Below, piece by piece: positions 25,758-39,173 of a DNA stretch of 64,000 bases. The notes below the pieces were generated by a model. The model worked only from the letters and a program-made list of their open reading frames with translations, had not been told where the DNA came from and made no database searches. This DNA is from Octopus sinensis. Its lineage: Eukaryota. The DNA lies in the NCBI RefSeq assembly GCF_006345805.1, contig NC_043009.1, positions 17,546,001 to 17,610,000 on the forward strand. Direction: 5' to 3'. Within the stretch, counting starts at the first letter, position 1. Each line of letters begins with the position of its first letter. Made by a program: the position numbers and the translations under genes.

Positions 25758-28321
25758 AATAACTGTCACCATGTTAGGAACAAGAAATTTAGACAGAGGT
25801 TAAGTCCAAATTCAAGGGACGACCCTTATAATATGCATCCTATACTAAAGCAATGGCATTATGCTTAAGATCACTCATTGCTGGGTACCAACCTCAAAAA
25901 ATGCAACAAAGAAAATATATTCTTAGCCAACCCCAAAAGACTGGTAAGAAAGACAAGAATACATTTGAACAAGATAGAGTTCATGGGTTGTGCAAAGGAG
26001 GAAGAGAGTGAGAGAAGAGTGATAAATACTAAAAGGGTTGATTCTTAATCATACACATTTACTAGGAAAGGTGTATCGTTATTATAAATTTTTTTTTTTG
26101 AGGAAGTTTGTAAATTAATTTTTTTAAATCCAATTAAAAATCCATGGTATCATAAATCCACTGACACTTGTGTAGCTAGTTTGATTTGGGGATATATTTC
26201 AGTCAGTTTGAACAAACTTGGAATTATTCAGAGGTCGTATATTATATGAGATGAATGTGTAAGTTTGTGGGAGAATGTGTTGTTAAGCATGTGTGGCTGT
26301 TTATACTTCTATGTGCTTATATGCATTATTATGTACACATGTTTGTTAAAACTGTGAATTTCAGTGTGTGTTTGTGTGTGTGCATGTACATGTGTGACTC
26401 TCAACATGAAAAGTGTAAAACTGAACCATTACCACCACCAGCCCCCGACTACCACCACTACCATTCAAACATGTTGCTGAAATAAAACAACAACAACAAC
26501 AACAAAAAATAACAAAGCTACCATATTGCAAGACATCACACCAGTTGCATGATAGTGCAATAGTTGGAAGTCTAGTCACTAATGGAATGTATGCAGAAGG
26601 GAAAGAGAGTTGATTGAAATGGTATGTTGATGCACTGGGTATCACAACGGTAGATTCTAACTACAACAACAAATTCTGTAACAATAAAAAGCCTTTCATG
26701 ATGAATTGAAAACATGTTTTCCTTTCATGTTAGTAAGATAGCTCTTTCTCTCTATCTCACTCTCTTTCTCCCTCTCCCTCAGAAAAGGCCCTCACCCAAA
26801 CACTTACTCTCTGTAATGTGGCAATCAGGTCTCCAGAGACTGTCTACCCTATCTAATACAGAATCACACACGACATACAGATCAAGTCTAGCCTTACAGA
26901 CACACATACATGCACGCACATTCGCACACACACTCACACACACAGAGCATACGTGAAACCAAAATATATACAAATCAATTCTCTATATATATATATACAT
27001 ACACTCCCTCAAATCAATTCTTCCCCCACATACACATACCTACACATAAATCAATCCCCAGCTCCACATAATTACAGTTTTTATCAGGTTTAGTTCTCCA
27101 TATTCTTCCCCTGTTCCACATTGCTACTTGTTGGCTGACAACACACACACACATATGCAGACACACGCACACACAGCTGCACATGTGCAGGCCACATGCA
27201 AAAGTTGGCTGACAGACATAAACCCCATGTGCATAGACACACCTACACAGAAATAAATAAGCATACACTAACAACAAAGTTAAAACACAAAGGGAACACA
27301 CATACATATATAGACACATATGCAAATAGGAGAAACATAAACACAACCACATGCACACAGATACATTCAAATTCCATATACACACTACAGACATGCATAG
27401 ATATACATATAAATTCAACAACTACCACAGAAACAGAAAGAGAGAGAGAGAGAGAGGGGGGGGGAGGAAGATTTCTACAGAATACATGAAAAGCCATTAG
27501 GCTTCCCAGTTTAACCTAGCACTCTTCCCAGAGGGAGCCAGCAGAACACATAGCAAGTCATGACAATACAACACACAACGGCACCTTTGAAACTGTGGTT
27601 AGGGTTCAGCATCATATCAAAACTGGTTGGGTCAGCAGTAAAGGGAAAGAGGTTTCGGTAAATTACACAAAATTGGTGATACAAAGTAGACAGGGGAATA
27701 GAAGAGAGTGGACATAAATTAGAATAGCAGCCAACAAAGGTTAAACAGACACATCTGTGAAGAATTAGCAAAGAAATGAGATGTAAAACAATGTTAGCCT
27801 TTCCATGGGACAGTAAGTATCTGTAGATTGAGGTGTTATCTCATGTTTAACACTCAATGTTGCATTACATGGCTGCAAAACTAGTAGCCACTGTTTAATT
27901 TTTAACACTCCATTGTGCAAGACCCATCTGTAGAGCTGAGATGCCTCAAATACTTGTGCACTGCATGTTTATATAGTCTGATGTTATGCTTTATCTAAAA
28001 TTGTAAGAAAATTAATCTAGTTTTAATAAAGCAGTAGAATCTGAGGAAATTATGGTCTGTAGTGATGGTCAACAAACAATGAAATAAACTTTATTTCATT
28101 TACAGTCGAGTCTCAAGTTTTAGTTGACTCATTCAAACAGTAATTCAAATGGAGATTCAAATTTACATATTTACACAGTACACTGGATTGCAATTGACTA
28201 CTTATTGTTAAGGTTCTATAACTGTGATTTCTTATGAGTATCACTGTAAAGTTTTCACTGACCATCATCTGCTGCTGTTGGTGTGTGTGTATGTGTGCGT
28301 AAGTGTGTGTGTGTGTGTCTA

Positions 28322-29574
28322 TTGGGTCATCCCATAAATAATGCAGTTTTTCCAACTGCATGAACTAAAAGTCGGAGGAGGACAGGATAAGCTGTCTGAA
28401 TCAACTTGCTATAAAAGCAGGTCATAATTTTACCTTGCCCTTATTCTTAGTGCAAGTTTTGAAGAGTGCAGTTCGATTTTACCAGTTATTTTTTCAAAGC
28501 TATAATGGAAGTGACAAAGGAGCATATTTGGCATATTTTGCTTTGTGAGTTCAACAAAGACAACAACGCAATGGAAAGTGTGGGAAATATTAATGCAGTA
28601 TATGGGGATCGGACAATAAGCCTAAGCTAGTGTCAACGGTGGTTCCAGAAATTCCGAGCCAGAAACTACAGCCTAGAAGACAAGCCTTGTCCTGGAAGAT
28701 TTGTACAGCTCAATGAGGACGTCCTGCAAACCCTGGTGGAACAAAATCCCATCATAACTGTTGAGGAACTAGCAGAGAAGCTTGGATTTGGTCATTCAAC
28801 CATTCATCGACACCTGTGTGCCATTGGAAAAGTCAGAAAATTGGGTCAATCGGTTCCTCACAAACTTTTCAAGTATAATCGTGTGCAGAGAGTTAATGTG
28901 TGCTCTTCCTTGCTGTCACATGTCATGAATGAACCTTTTTTGGACTGAATAGTGACTGATAACAAGAAATAGAGTCTCCATAGAAAAAGGAGAAACACTG
29001 GCACCCCAGGATAATGAAGGTCTTCATCTACATAAGCTGTTATCTGTTTGGTGGGATACGAAAGGTTTAATCCACTTTGAACTATTAGACTCAAATCAAA
29101 TGATAACAAAGGGGATCTACTGTGAGCAGTTTGAGCAGCTTAAGTCAGTGCTAGAAGAAAAAACAACCATCATTGGTTTCAAGACAAAAGGGGTTCTTCC
29201 ATCAGGATAATGCTGGGCCACATACAACAAGGATGACATTCCAAAGGCTGGAGCAGTCTGAATGGGAAACGATGCCCCACCCACCATATTCACCAGACAT
29301 TACCCCCATCTGATTATGATTTATTCCAGTCTTCAAAATCATTTCAATGAAAAAAATATGAATTCTATAGACAAGGTCAGAATAGTACTAGAGGAGTATT
29401 TTTCGTCACAAACAAGTGAATTTTGGAAGAGGAGCCTTGCAAGTCTGCCACATAGATGGAAGAGAATTGTACAAAATGAAGGAGAATATATTTTAGATTA
29501 AAAAAGAAATTTGTTTATCTTAATTTTGAAAAATAAAAGAAGTATAAAAAAAACACATTTATAGGATGACCCTA
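28322..29574 (+). mobile_element. Full-length non-functional mariner transposon
   Basis: TA then TTGGGTCATCCCATAAAT (5' TIR) and ATTTATAGGATGACCCTA (3' TIR); ~1.25 kb; encloses a transposase pseudogene. Confidence 0.92.
28505..29501 (+). pseudogene. Mariner transposase pseudogene
   Basis: MEVTKEHIWHILLCEF..CQRWFQKFR..STIHRHL..SVPHKL..FLD*IVTD..FHQDNAGPH..HPPYSPDI.PSDYDLF..RWKRIVQNEGEYILD*; stops, frameshifts and a small internal deletion. Confidence 0.92.
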
Positions 29575-31700
29575 TTGCTCCCAGACTAATACTACAACAG
29601 GCACTGAAGAACTCATGTAACTCTCATCAGTTTTACAGTGCTGTCACTGCTTACTTATAGCCTGACTACTCTTCTGTTAAATCAACTGCTGCAGTTATTA
29701 ATTACAAAGAGTGGAAGAATCTATTATCGGTAATAACCACAGGACATAGAGTATAGTTTCAAGCTAAAGGCTGCCATGCTTCTCTTTAGAAGTGCTAAAT
29801 GTTCATGTTTACAACCATTTTATACTGGAAACATTGGTTCTCATCTGTCCAGTTGCTGAAGATAAAATTTGAGACTAATTAGAAATTCGTAGCATCACCA
29901 CTTTTGAAACCTAAGTGCCGTAAGCATCATTCAGTTGATAATAGTGCTCAAGCATGGCCACAGACCGCTTAACTAAAACTGGTAAAACAGTACACACATT
30001 TCAACATATATGCTTGTTTACACAAACACACACACAATTACATAGATAGGCATTTATAATAAATATGATTATAAGTGCAACACTTGCTGTATTTCATCCT
30101 GGGCCAATTGAATAAGTACCAGTAGTATACTGGAGTTGGTTCAATTGAGTAAACAAAAAAATTGGCCATGTGCCTAGACAAAAAGCCAGTTATCATTATC
30201 ATAATAATCATCAAGCAAGCCACATGACTCAACAAGCTCGGTCCATATTAATATCTTGTGAACACGAGGTTTTTATGTGTGAACTTGTAACTTTACAATA
30301 TTTTCATACATTAACTCTACTCTTTTGATATTTCTATCTATTCATGTTTACTTTTAAGCTTCTTCCACATTAACACGCTTACTCAACACTTTCTATTTTC
30401 CTGTGAAGTTACTGCATCTACACATACATATGTACGTGTGCGCGCATGTGTGTGTGTGTGTACGCGTGTGCGCGCGTCTATGTTTGCTATTATTTTTTTT
30501 CTTTTAATATCGGAAAAAAGGAAAAATATGACATTAAGTATCATAGAATATACTTTTCAATAATTGCTTCCAAATTTTAATCATTGTACTAGACATACTT
30601 TTGTGTATTAAATAAAGATTTGGCGTACATGCGTGTATATCTAGCTACCATATATACACATATATACACACACACACAAAAAAAAACACATATCTGTTGG
30701 TCTATATATCATATTTATAGACACACACACATACACCTCTTGCTATCTTTATATCATATCTGTATCTACACACACACACACATGTATATACTGGCTACTG
30801 CTTACACCCATATATACATATCATGTATTGATGTATGAGACTGTGTATAACAACTATTATAGAAATACATACACATCAGTGCACACACACACACAAGCAT
30901 ACTTACAGAAATACTCTTAAGGTAATAATAATAAAAAAAAAGTATTCATTCAAATTCATCAGTTTTTTTTTCTTTTCTTTCTTTTTTTTTTTCCTTGATA
31001 AAATATCTATCATGAAATAAACCAAGTGAATTAAAAAATCAACATAATAATCTCAATAATAATAAACACGATGATGCTGCTGCTGCTGATGATGATGATG
31101 ACGATGATGATAATGGTGATGAAATTGTTTCGAATGAATTATTGGATTGAAAAGCAAAGAGTCATTAAAGCTCGTTATATATGATTTCAATTTGAATTAT
31201 ATTGCACTTCTAATCTCACTCACTTTGATTACAACTTGCTATTTTCTTTACTTTACATTACCACCATTTCTTTTTTTCTTTTGTAAATAACGAACTGTGC
31301 AGTTATTAGTAGCTCTTTTATTATTTTGCTTATAATAAACAGTCAATATCTTATTCCCATTATTATTATTGTTATTATCATTATTATTATTATTTCAGTT
31401 GTTGTTATGTATTCAAGAAGCCCCCCACCACCCAAAAAAACCCCAAATTGGCCAAAAAAAAAACAAAAAACAAAGCAAACAATACAAAATAAAAAGCAAA
31501 AAACACTGGTATCAGACTACTGTCTATTATAGTAAGATTCTAAAAGGGTTCACAAGCCGTTGTTATTGTTATTCTTCCCAAATATTTTCTTTCAACATTT
31601 TCTATAAAGTTTTCAAAGTTAAAACTGCACAGAAACATTTTAAGAAACAACAACAATAAATACAATGAATATAAAAACATTAGGAAATAGAAGAGATAGT

Positions 31701-31757
<57 letters not shown>

Positions 31758-32184
31758 GCATATACATACATAAATAAATACACACACACATTCTTAAACA
31801 TCATGAGTGTGATCAGGTACCTTGTACCACATCAGCACATCAAGAGACATGTACTGATTTAGAGCTGATAAGACAGAGGTAAACTAGAAATGAAATAGCT
31901 TGCTAAAGGACACACCTCCAGGTGCGATCTGGGGTACACAGCAACCGAACCAACACACAAGGCATGGGCCACAATCCTACATAAAGACAGGTGGCCTCTC
32001 ACTTTCTCCTCCTTTCCAAATGTCATGTTCTTGATGTACTACTAGGTCAAAGCTGGGAGGGTCAAGGGGCCTGTCTGCACCCATGACTACACAGGTAGCT
32101 AAAATAACTAACGAAAGTGTGGTACAAGCCACAAGTTCATGCACATAATGAGAGTGATGGCTATACTTCACACACAAACATATA

Positions 32185-32234
<50 letters not shown>

Positions 32235-32414
32235 TATAGTGATAAATAGAAAAGTGCACAGAAACATTAATATATGCATGAGTCTCCATATAAACTATTG
32301 AGATACAGATATGCCATTCTCGACCCCCAACTTGATCTCCTTACTGTTCAAAAACCTCGATTCAAATGGATCCTGCAGTATAAATTTATGTATGTATAAA
32401 TATATATATATATA

Positions 32415-32478
<64 letters not shown>

Positions 32479-32729
32479 CAGTGGGGTGCAAAAATGGGTA
32501 TGGAAAAAGTACAACATCAGTGTTTTAATATCTAATACATTCTAATCTTTAGTACGTTCAATTACTTGGCCACATCTTTGAACATCTTAGCGTCATTAAT
32601 CATACCAACACGTTTATCATAAATATAATAATACTTTTATCATAACTTTTAATTTTTGGGATGACAATAAATAAGCATTGTATGTGTTTTCTTTTTTCAT
32701 AACTGTGTGCGTACTTTTGCACTACGCTG
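32479..32729. mobile_element. Tc1/mariner-type MITE in a (TA)n tract
   Basis: TA-CAGTGGGGTGCAAAAAT ... ACTTTTGCACTACGCTG; imperfect TIRs, ~250 bp, no ORF. Confidence 0.65.
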
Positions 32730-32894
32730 TGTGTATACACACACATATATATACATATACACATACATACATATACACATATATATATATACATCTGTAT
32801 ATATATATATACATATATACACATATATATACATATGATTACATATAATTACATACATATACACACATATATACATATAATTACACACACACAC

Positions 32895-32925
<31 letters not shown>

Positions 32926-32946
32926 CACATACATATATATATAGGT

Positions 32947-33346
32947 ATACTCTTTTACTTGTTCAATCATATTATTGCGGCCATGCTGGAGCACCACCTT
33001 TAATCGAGCAACTTGACCCTGGGACTTATTCTTTTGTAAGCCCAGTACTTATTCTATCAGTCTCTTTTGCCGAACCGCTAAGTAACGGGGACACAAACAC
33101 ACCAGCATCCCAGCATCGGTTGTCAAGCAATGCTAGGGGGACAAACACAGACACACAAACGCATATATATATATATATATATACAACGTGCTTCTTTCAG
33201 TTTCCATCTACCAAATCCACTCATAAGGCTTTGGTCGGCCCGAGGTTATAGTAGAAGACACTTGCCCAAGGTGCCACGCAGTGGGACTGAACCTGGAACC
33301 ATGTGGTTGGTAAACAAGCTACTTACCACACAGCCACTCCTGCGCC
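32947..33346 (-). mobile_element. Near-complete CORE-type tRNA SINE
   Basis: Reverse complement: TGGCTGTGTGGTAAG A box, GGTTCAGTCCC B box, CCTTGGGCAAGTGTCTTCTACTATA core, internal (TA)n, conserved tail. Confidence 0.9.
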
Positions 33347-34554
33347 TAGGACCTGCAACATCTGATGGAGTCACAGTGGTATCATTATCAGGACACACAG
33401 TATGGTTTCAGGTATTTTTAACCTTTTAGCTATATATGTATATATACATACATATATATATATACATATATACACACACACACACACACAAAATATATAT
33501 ATATATATATACACACATATATATTTATGTTTAGCATTCACTAGATATTTAGGTATTGTACTTTTAAGTGCTTAATTATATTAATCGTTATTAATTTGTT
33601 AATTTTTTGATGCATTTTAATATTTTAATTTTATAATTTTTAAAAATATATTTCTAAGTTATATATTTTTATTATATTTTTATTTATATTCTTATTTTTC
33701 TGCTTAATATGTATTAGAATATGTAGTTTTAACTTTGATCCGTTAATAATAATAACAACAATAAGATAAATAGAGTGAGGATACACTGGTGGATTTATGT
33801 AAATAAAAGGTAGAGCCTGGAAAACACACCACCAGCGCAGAAACACGTGTAGTGTTGATAAAAGATATCTTCTCTCCCCACAGACTAATAACAGGTAAGA
33901 CAAATATACTTTATCAAATATCTTTTAAATAAACTTTTTTAAATAATTTTATTGTACTTTATAGTAGGTTTTAAAATGCTTATATTATTTTATTATTATA
34001 TTGGATATAACTTTCTGTGTATTCCAGACAATGAGGTTGCCCTGAAATAGGAGTTGCGGTTCTATTGGTAAAATATATATATATATATGGACAGGCTAGT
34101 TCGATACTCCCATGTATGCTCACCATGCATTTGTAAAATGCACCTGTTGCACAACATTACATGCATACCATCTTGTTTTGTTTTCCTATTTTATAGCCGT
34201 CTATGCGCTTCATGCTACTAAATTATTTCTCCTCCTTTACTAATGCAACCATTATCATTATTTTCTTTCATGGTTTGGCTCAATTAATTCCAGTGACCTA
34301 CTTTTTGCACATGTCACCGAAACACCATAACTCCATAACCTAAATGGCAATACATTCTTTCGGACAATTGTTTATAACTTTAACTGGTCATGTCGCAGTT
34401 ATCTCTTTCCGTCATCTTTCTTCCTTCCCTGGCTGATGCATGGTTCGTGTTTATATAACAGTTGTACTGATTTGATAAACTGTATTTTAAATTTCAACAT
34501 GACCACTGCAGAGAGGTAATCAAAAGTAGAAAATAACATTTTCTCAAAAATTAA

Positions 34555-34774
34555 CCCTTTAGCATTTTAAATCAGTCATATCTGGCCCAAATATTTTACC
34601 TGCTTTATGTTCACACTGGATGGATCCAGTGTCTGGCACCTAACCTACAATGTTATTCTATAAATAAACAATCACTGCACTGAAATGTTGTAGTTACAAA
34701 ATAATCCATGATTAATTCAAAACAATGTGAATAATAAGCATTGCATCTAACAGAATAATCTGAATTCTAAAGGG
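34555..34774. mobile_element. 220-bp piggyBac-like MITE with intact TTAA TSDs
   Basis: TTAA-CCCTTTAGCATT ... AATTCTAAAGGG-TTAA (TSDs at 34551-34554 and 34775-34778). Confidence 0.9.
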
Positions 34775-34959
34775 TTAAGTACTTTGATTTTGGACTGTAT
34801 TTTACACATGCCTTATTAGTCTGTCTCATAGGCTTATGTTTTATCTGGGATTTTATGGTCATACATATATCCAGTTAACTAATTCACATATTTTTGTATT
34901 TTGCTTTATCAGGTAAAAATTTGAATGGGAAATTAATGATGGCCAGCAGATTTTTACAA

Positions 34960-35430
34960 GGAGAAAGACAATCCTGGCCACCCTATTATCTTGGCCTATA
35001 ACTGCTCCACAAAATTTCTGTCATGTTACCAAGACAAGCTCTTATCACCTCTCGTCACTGCCTTCCTCTCACACATTAAAGACACCAACTGTGCCTTAAA
35101 CCTCTTCATCTCGTTCTCTTTTCCACCTGGAGAGCTCAAATTCCTTTCCACCATGGATTTAAAATCACTTCACACCATGACAAGGCCCTACTGACTACCT
35201 GAACCCAGCACCACTATACTCCTCTACCAAACCGAGCTTGTCTTAACCCCTAACTGCCTTTATTTCTCTGAGGACTTTTACAAACAAGTCAGCAGTTTTG
35301 CTATGGGGACTAGGATGGGACCCAATTCTGCCAACCTCTTCATAGCCTACAAGAAGACAAATCTTCACTCAATTCACCATCCTAGAGCTGTATGATCATA
35401 ACAGAGATGACTGTGTCACTGCTGCCACCC
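34960..35430 (+). pseudogene. Penelope-like reverse transcriptase fragment
   Basis: NPGHPII..LLSPLV..HIKDTN..TMDLKSLHT..ELVLTPN..FYKQVSSFAMGTRMGPNSANLFIAY; Penelope-type RT motifs with frameshifts. Confidence 0.8.
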
Positions 35431-35575
35431 TTACCAGTTAAAAAGAATGGGAGGAGCCTTTTTGGTAAAAGAACAAAAAATTTCTGAAAATATTTTCAGA
35501 CACAAAGGTGTGTGATTTAAAGGAGATTTAGCTGCTGTTTCTAGCTAATTCCTTGACCACCTGATACCTTCTTCA

Positions 35576-35947
<372 letters not shown>

Positions 35948-36951
35948 CACTGGCTAAATCCTAGTAATGACCTTTTTAGCCTTTCCGATATTTTGAAATT
36001 ATAAAAAGAAAGAAGGGAGAGGCTATTTAAAAAAAAAATTTTCAAATTTTCTTAAAAATATAATAGCATACTTTTCTGTTAGGAAATATGTTCTTTCTTA
36101 GACACACAGACTTACTTGGTGCCAGTGTGGAAGGAAGACATGTGGAAGGTATCATGTGGTCATGGGATGTGCTAGAAACAATAGCTAAATCTCCCTAAAA
36201 TCACACACTTTTTCATTTAGCATACTTTTCTGTTAGGGCATTTAATTTAGCTATTTAAATTAAAGGTTTATAATACAGCTAAATTAAATGTCCTTGTCAA
36301 ATCTTGCCAAACTGTTTGCTTTTCCTTTTCTGCTTTGATCTAAATATATAGATTAAAGAAGCCTAAAGGAGTCAGGCTCTCATCAGGGGCCCGGGAAACT
36401 TGAAGTAGCACAGAACCAAATCAAACTGTTTTAAATAATATATATAATTGTATATTCACAAAATGCAAATAAAGGAAACTAGCTCATCCTATGGATGTCA
36501 AGTGGTTAAATAAATATGTTCACCTCTCATACCTCTAAACTTTTTTACGGTTTGCATACTACACATGAAATAATTTCATCAATTGGATCTTCTGGAATTC
36601 ACCTGCACAGACACTCTACACTATGCTACTTTGTATTAGATTACTATACAGACTATTTACCAAGTCCATAAGAGGAGCTTTCTGTGATAGCCACACAATT
36701 CTCTGAATCCATATCTTATAGTACAAATTTATACACATACAGTATGCATGTATGTATGTATGTATGCATCCATGCACCAAGGGTATTGTTTATCCATATT
36801 CATGGACAATCAAATGGTTGGAATATTGGTGCAAAAATATACCAACTCCTGGTAAACAACTCTACCTTACACAGAACTAATGACTGTATAAAGAGGATAA
36901 GTTGGCAAGAAGGACAACTGGATTGTGGACTAGCAAAAGGAAAACTAGTTC

Positions 36952-37458
36952 GGATTTAAATTGTACAAAAATGAAATGCATAATTCACATCTAGATACAT
37001 TCAAAATAAAAATACTACTAATGATCAAAATCATCAAATGCAAGAAGATACCCAAACACATTTCTTTGTCATTCAGACATGATTTGATGTTTTTCAACAT
37101 TTTTCTCTCCATAAACACATTTTATGGATTGATAGTGAGGAAGTAGCACACATATTATTTAGCTCAAAGGGGTCAAATGCTGGCAAAAAGAAAAATATTT
37201 TCTAATTTAAATTCTTAACCTCCACCCCACAAGCCTGTATGTGTGTGTGTGTGTGTGTGGTGTGTGTGTGTGTGTGTGTGTGTAAGTAAAAGCATATTTA
37301 CTTACAAAAAAGTATACTATTAAATTATCTTTAATATAACTTTTAAAAATGTGTTTGGGTATCTTCTTGCATTTGATGATTTTGATCATTAGTAGTATTT
37401 TTATTTTGAATGTATCTAGATGTGAATTATGCAGTTCATTTTTGTACAATTTAAATCC
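36952..37458. repeat. 112-bp inverted repeats (36952-37063 / 37347-37458) enclosing the duplicated segment
   Basis: Arms are reverse complements with one mismatch seen (GAAATGC vs GAACTGC); mirrored in ORFs 36961+ and 37449-. Confidence 0.95.
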
Positions 37459-37984
37459 AACAACTAAAATTTAAAGTCACAGATATGAGAAATTCTGTAT
37501 ATACATGTTCAAACTGACAGAACAGGAAATTTGTATAGTATGCATATAATAATTTTATTTTCATTTGACTAAAAAAAAATTCTTTTATGCAGTGCACTAA
37601 CATGGCCACAGACTAATGACTGAAACAGGTAAAAGAGTAAAAGATAAAAAGAAAAGATAAAAGTAGTTAAGAACTATGGAAAAGCCAATGCTAATACCTT
37701 CAAAAGAATAAATGACAAGGCAAACAAATTAATTAACAAACTGGATTTAGCAGAAAAAACTGCAATATTCATACCTAAAACCCTTAAATTTAACTTAAAA
37801 GGCCACAAAGTTAACTTTAACAATAAACCATTCATCAGACTTATCAGCCCTTACTGCATTGGAGCTTTGTAGGGTAAGCAAGGAAATTTACAGACAGAAT
37901 TATTCCTAACATTAAAAAACATTATTACGCTATGTGGAATAATACAAATGAAGTAATGGAATAAGTCAAACATCTCCTTTCTTC

Positions 37985-38187
37985 AGATATATATGTGTGT
38001 GTGTATATAAGTGCATATATATATATATATTTATATATGTATGTATATGTATATATATGTATATGTAAATATATGCATATATATATGTATATACATGTGT
38101 GTGTGTATATATATTTGTGTATATGTATATATATATATATATGTGTGTGTGTATGTATATATATATATATTATATATATATATATAA

Positions 38188-38243
<56 letters not shown>

Positions 38244-38387
38244 CATATATATGTACATATATATGTACATATATATGTACATACATATATATGTACATAT
38301 ATATGTACATATATGTACATATATATATATATGTACATATATATATATGTACATATATATGTACATATATGTACATATATATATATA

Positions 38388-38439
<52 letters not shown>

Positions 38440-38440
38440 T
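37985..38440. repeat. Compound (TA)n microsatellite with palindromic ATATATGTACATATAT units
   Basis: Direct reading of the sequence. Confidence 0.95.
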
Positions 38441-38728
38441 AGGCCATCAGATGTTGCTACACATAGCTGATCACAATGCGCTTCGCATTGTTTTAGCCTT
38501 CAAATGATGCCACCCCGCTGGCTAAGCGAGCAGGCCAACAGAAGAAAGAGTGAGAGAAAGTTGAGGTGAAAGAGTACAGCATGGATCGCCACTACCCCCT
38601 GCCAGAGCCCCGTGGAACTCTGGGTGTTTTTGCTCAATAAACACTCACAATGCCTGGTCTGGGAATTAAAATCTCAATCCTACGACCACGAGTCTGCTGC
38701 TCTAACCACTAGGCCATTGCGCCACCAC
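38440..38728 (-). mobile_element. tRNA-derived SINE (third type)
   Basis: Reverse-complement head GGCGCAATGGCCTAGTGGTTAGAGC; tail GGCATCATTTGAAGGCTAAAACAATGC shared with 53945-54170. Confidence 0.8.
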
Positions 38729-38730
38729 AT

Positions 38731-38765
<35 letters not shown>

Positions 38766-38860
38766 TGCATATATATATATGTATATATATATATGTGTAT
38801 ACATATGTGTGTGTAACTATATATATAGATAGATATACGTGTGTGTGTGTGTATATATAG

Positions 38861-39163
38861 ACACCTTCTTCTGCTCTCTGACCCCACGCCCAGCTACCAA
38901 CAGACTATGTCCTCCACTATCCATGACCTCATCTCCTCACCAACACCACCCTCCTCACCGGCACTCATCACCGACTCCTTCACTTGCACTTCTACCAATG
39001 TCATCTATTGTATCTCCTACTCTCTCTGCCCTTCTCTATACATCAGGCAATCGGGACGCCGCTTGGCTAACCAGTTCGCAGAACACCTCCGAGACATCCG
39101 ACTCAGCAATGACACCCTGGTCTTGCGCCATTTCCGCTCTACCAGTCACTCTTTGCAACACCT
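38861..39163 (+). pseudogene. Penelope-like fragment: pre-RT segment joined to GIY-YIG endonuclease
   Basis: [23 protein letters not shown] then DSFTCTSTNVIYCISYSLCPSLYIRQSGRRLANQFAEHLRDI..RHF..HS in one frame. Confidence 0.8.
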
Positions 39164-39173
39164 ACTTCCTCCC

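Noticed and set aside
27511-27630. GPCR TM6-like string AVVCCIVMTCYVFCWLPL on the minus strand
   Set aside because: Stop follows five codons later, no convincing donor, no other TM exons found; the opposite strand is equally open.
38640-38728. tRNA gene (also 25526, 33290 and 53945)
   Set aside because: Only A/B-box-bearing SINE heads; no complete cloverleaf, and each continues into a SINE body.
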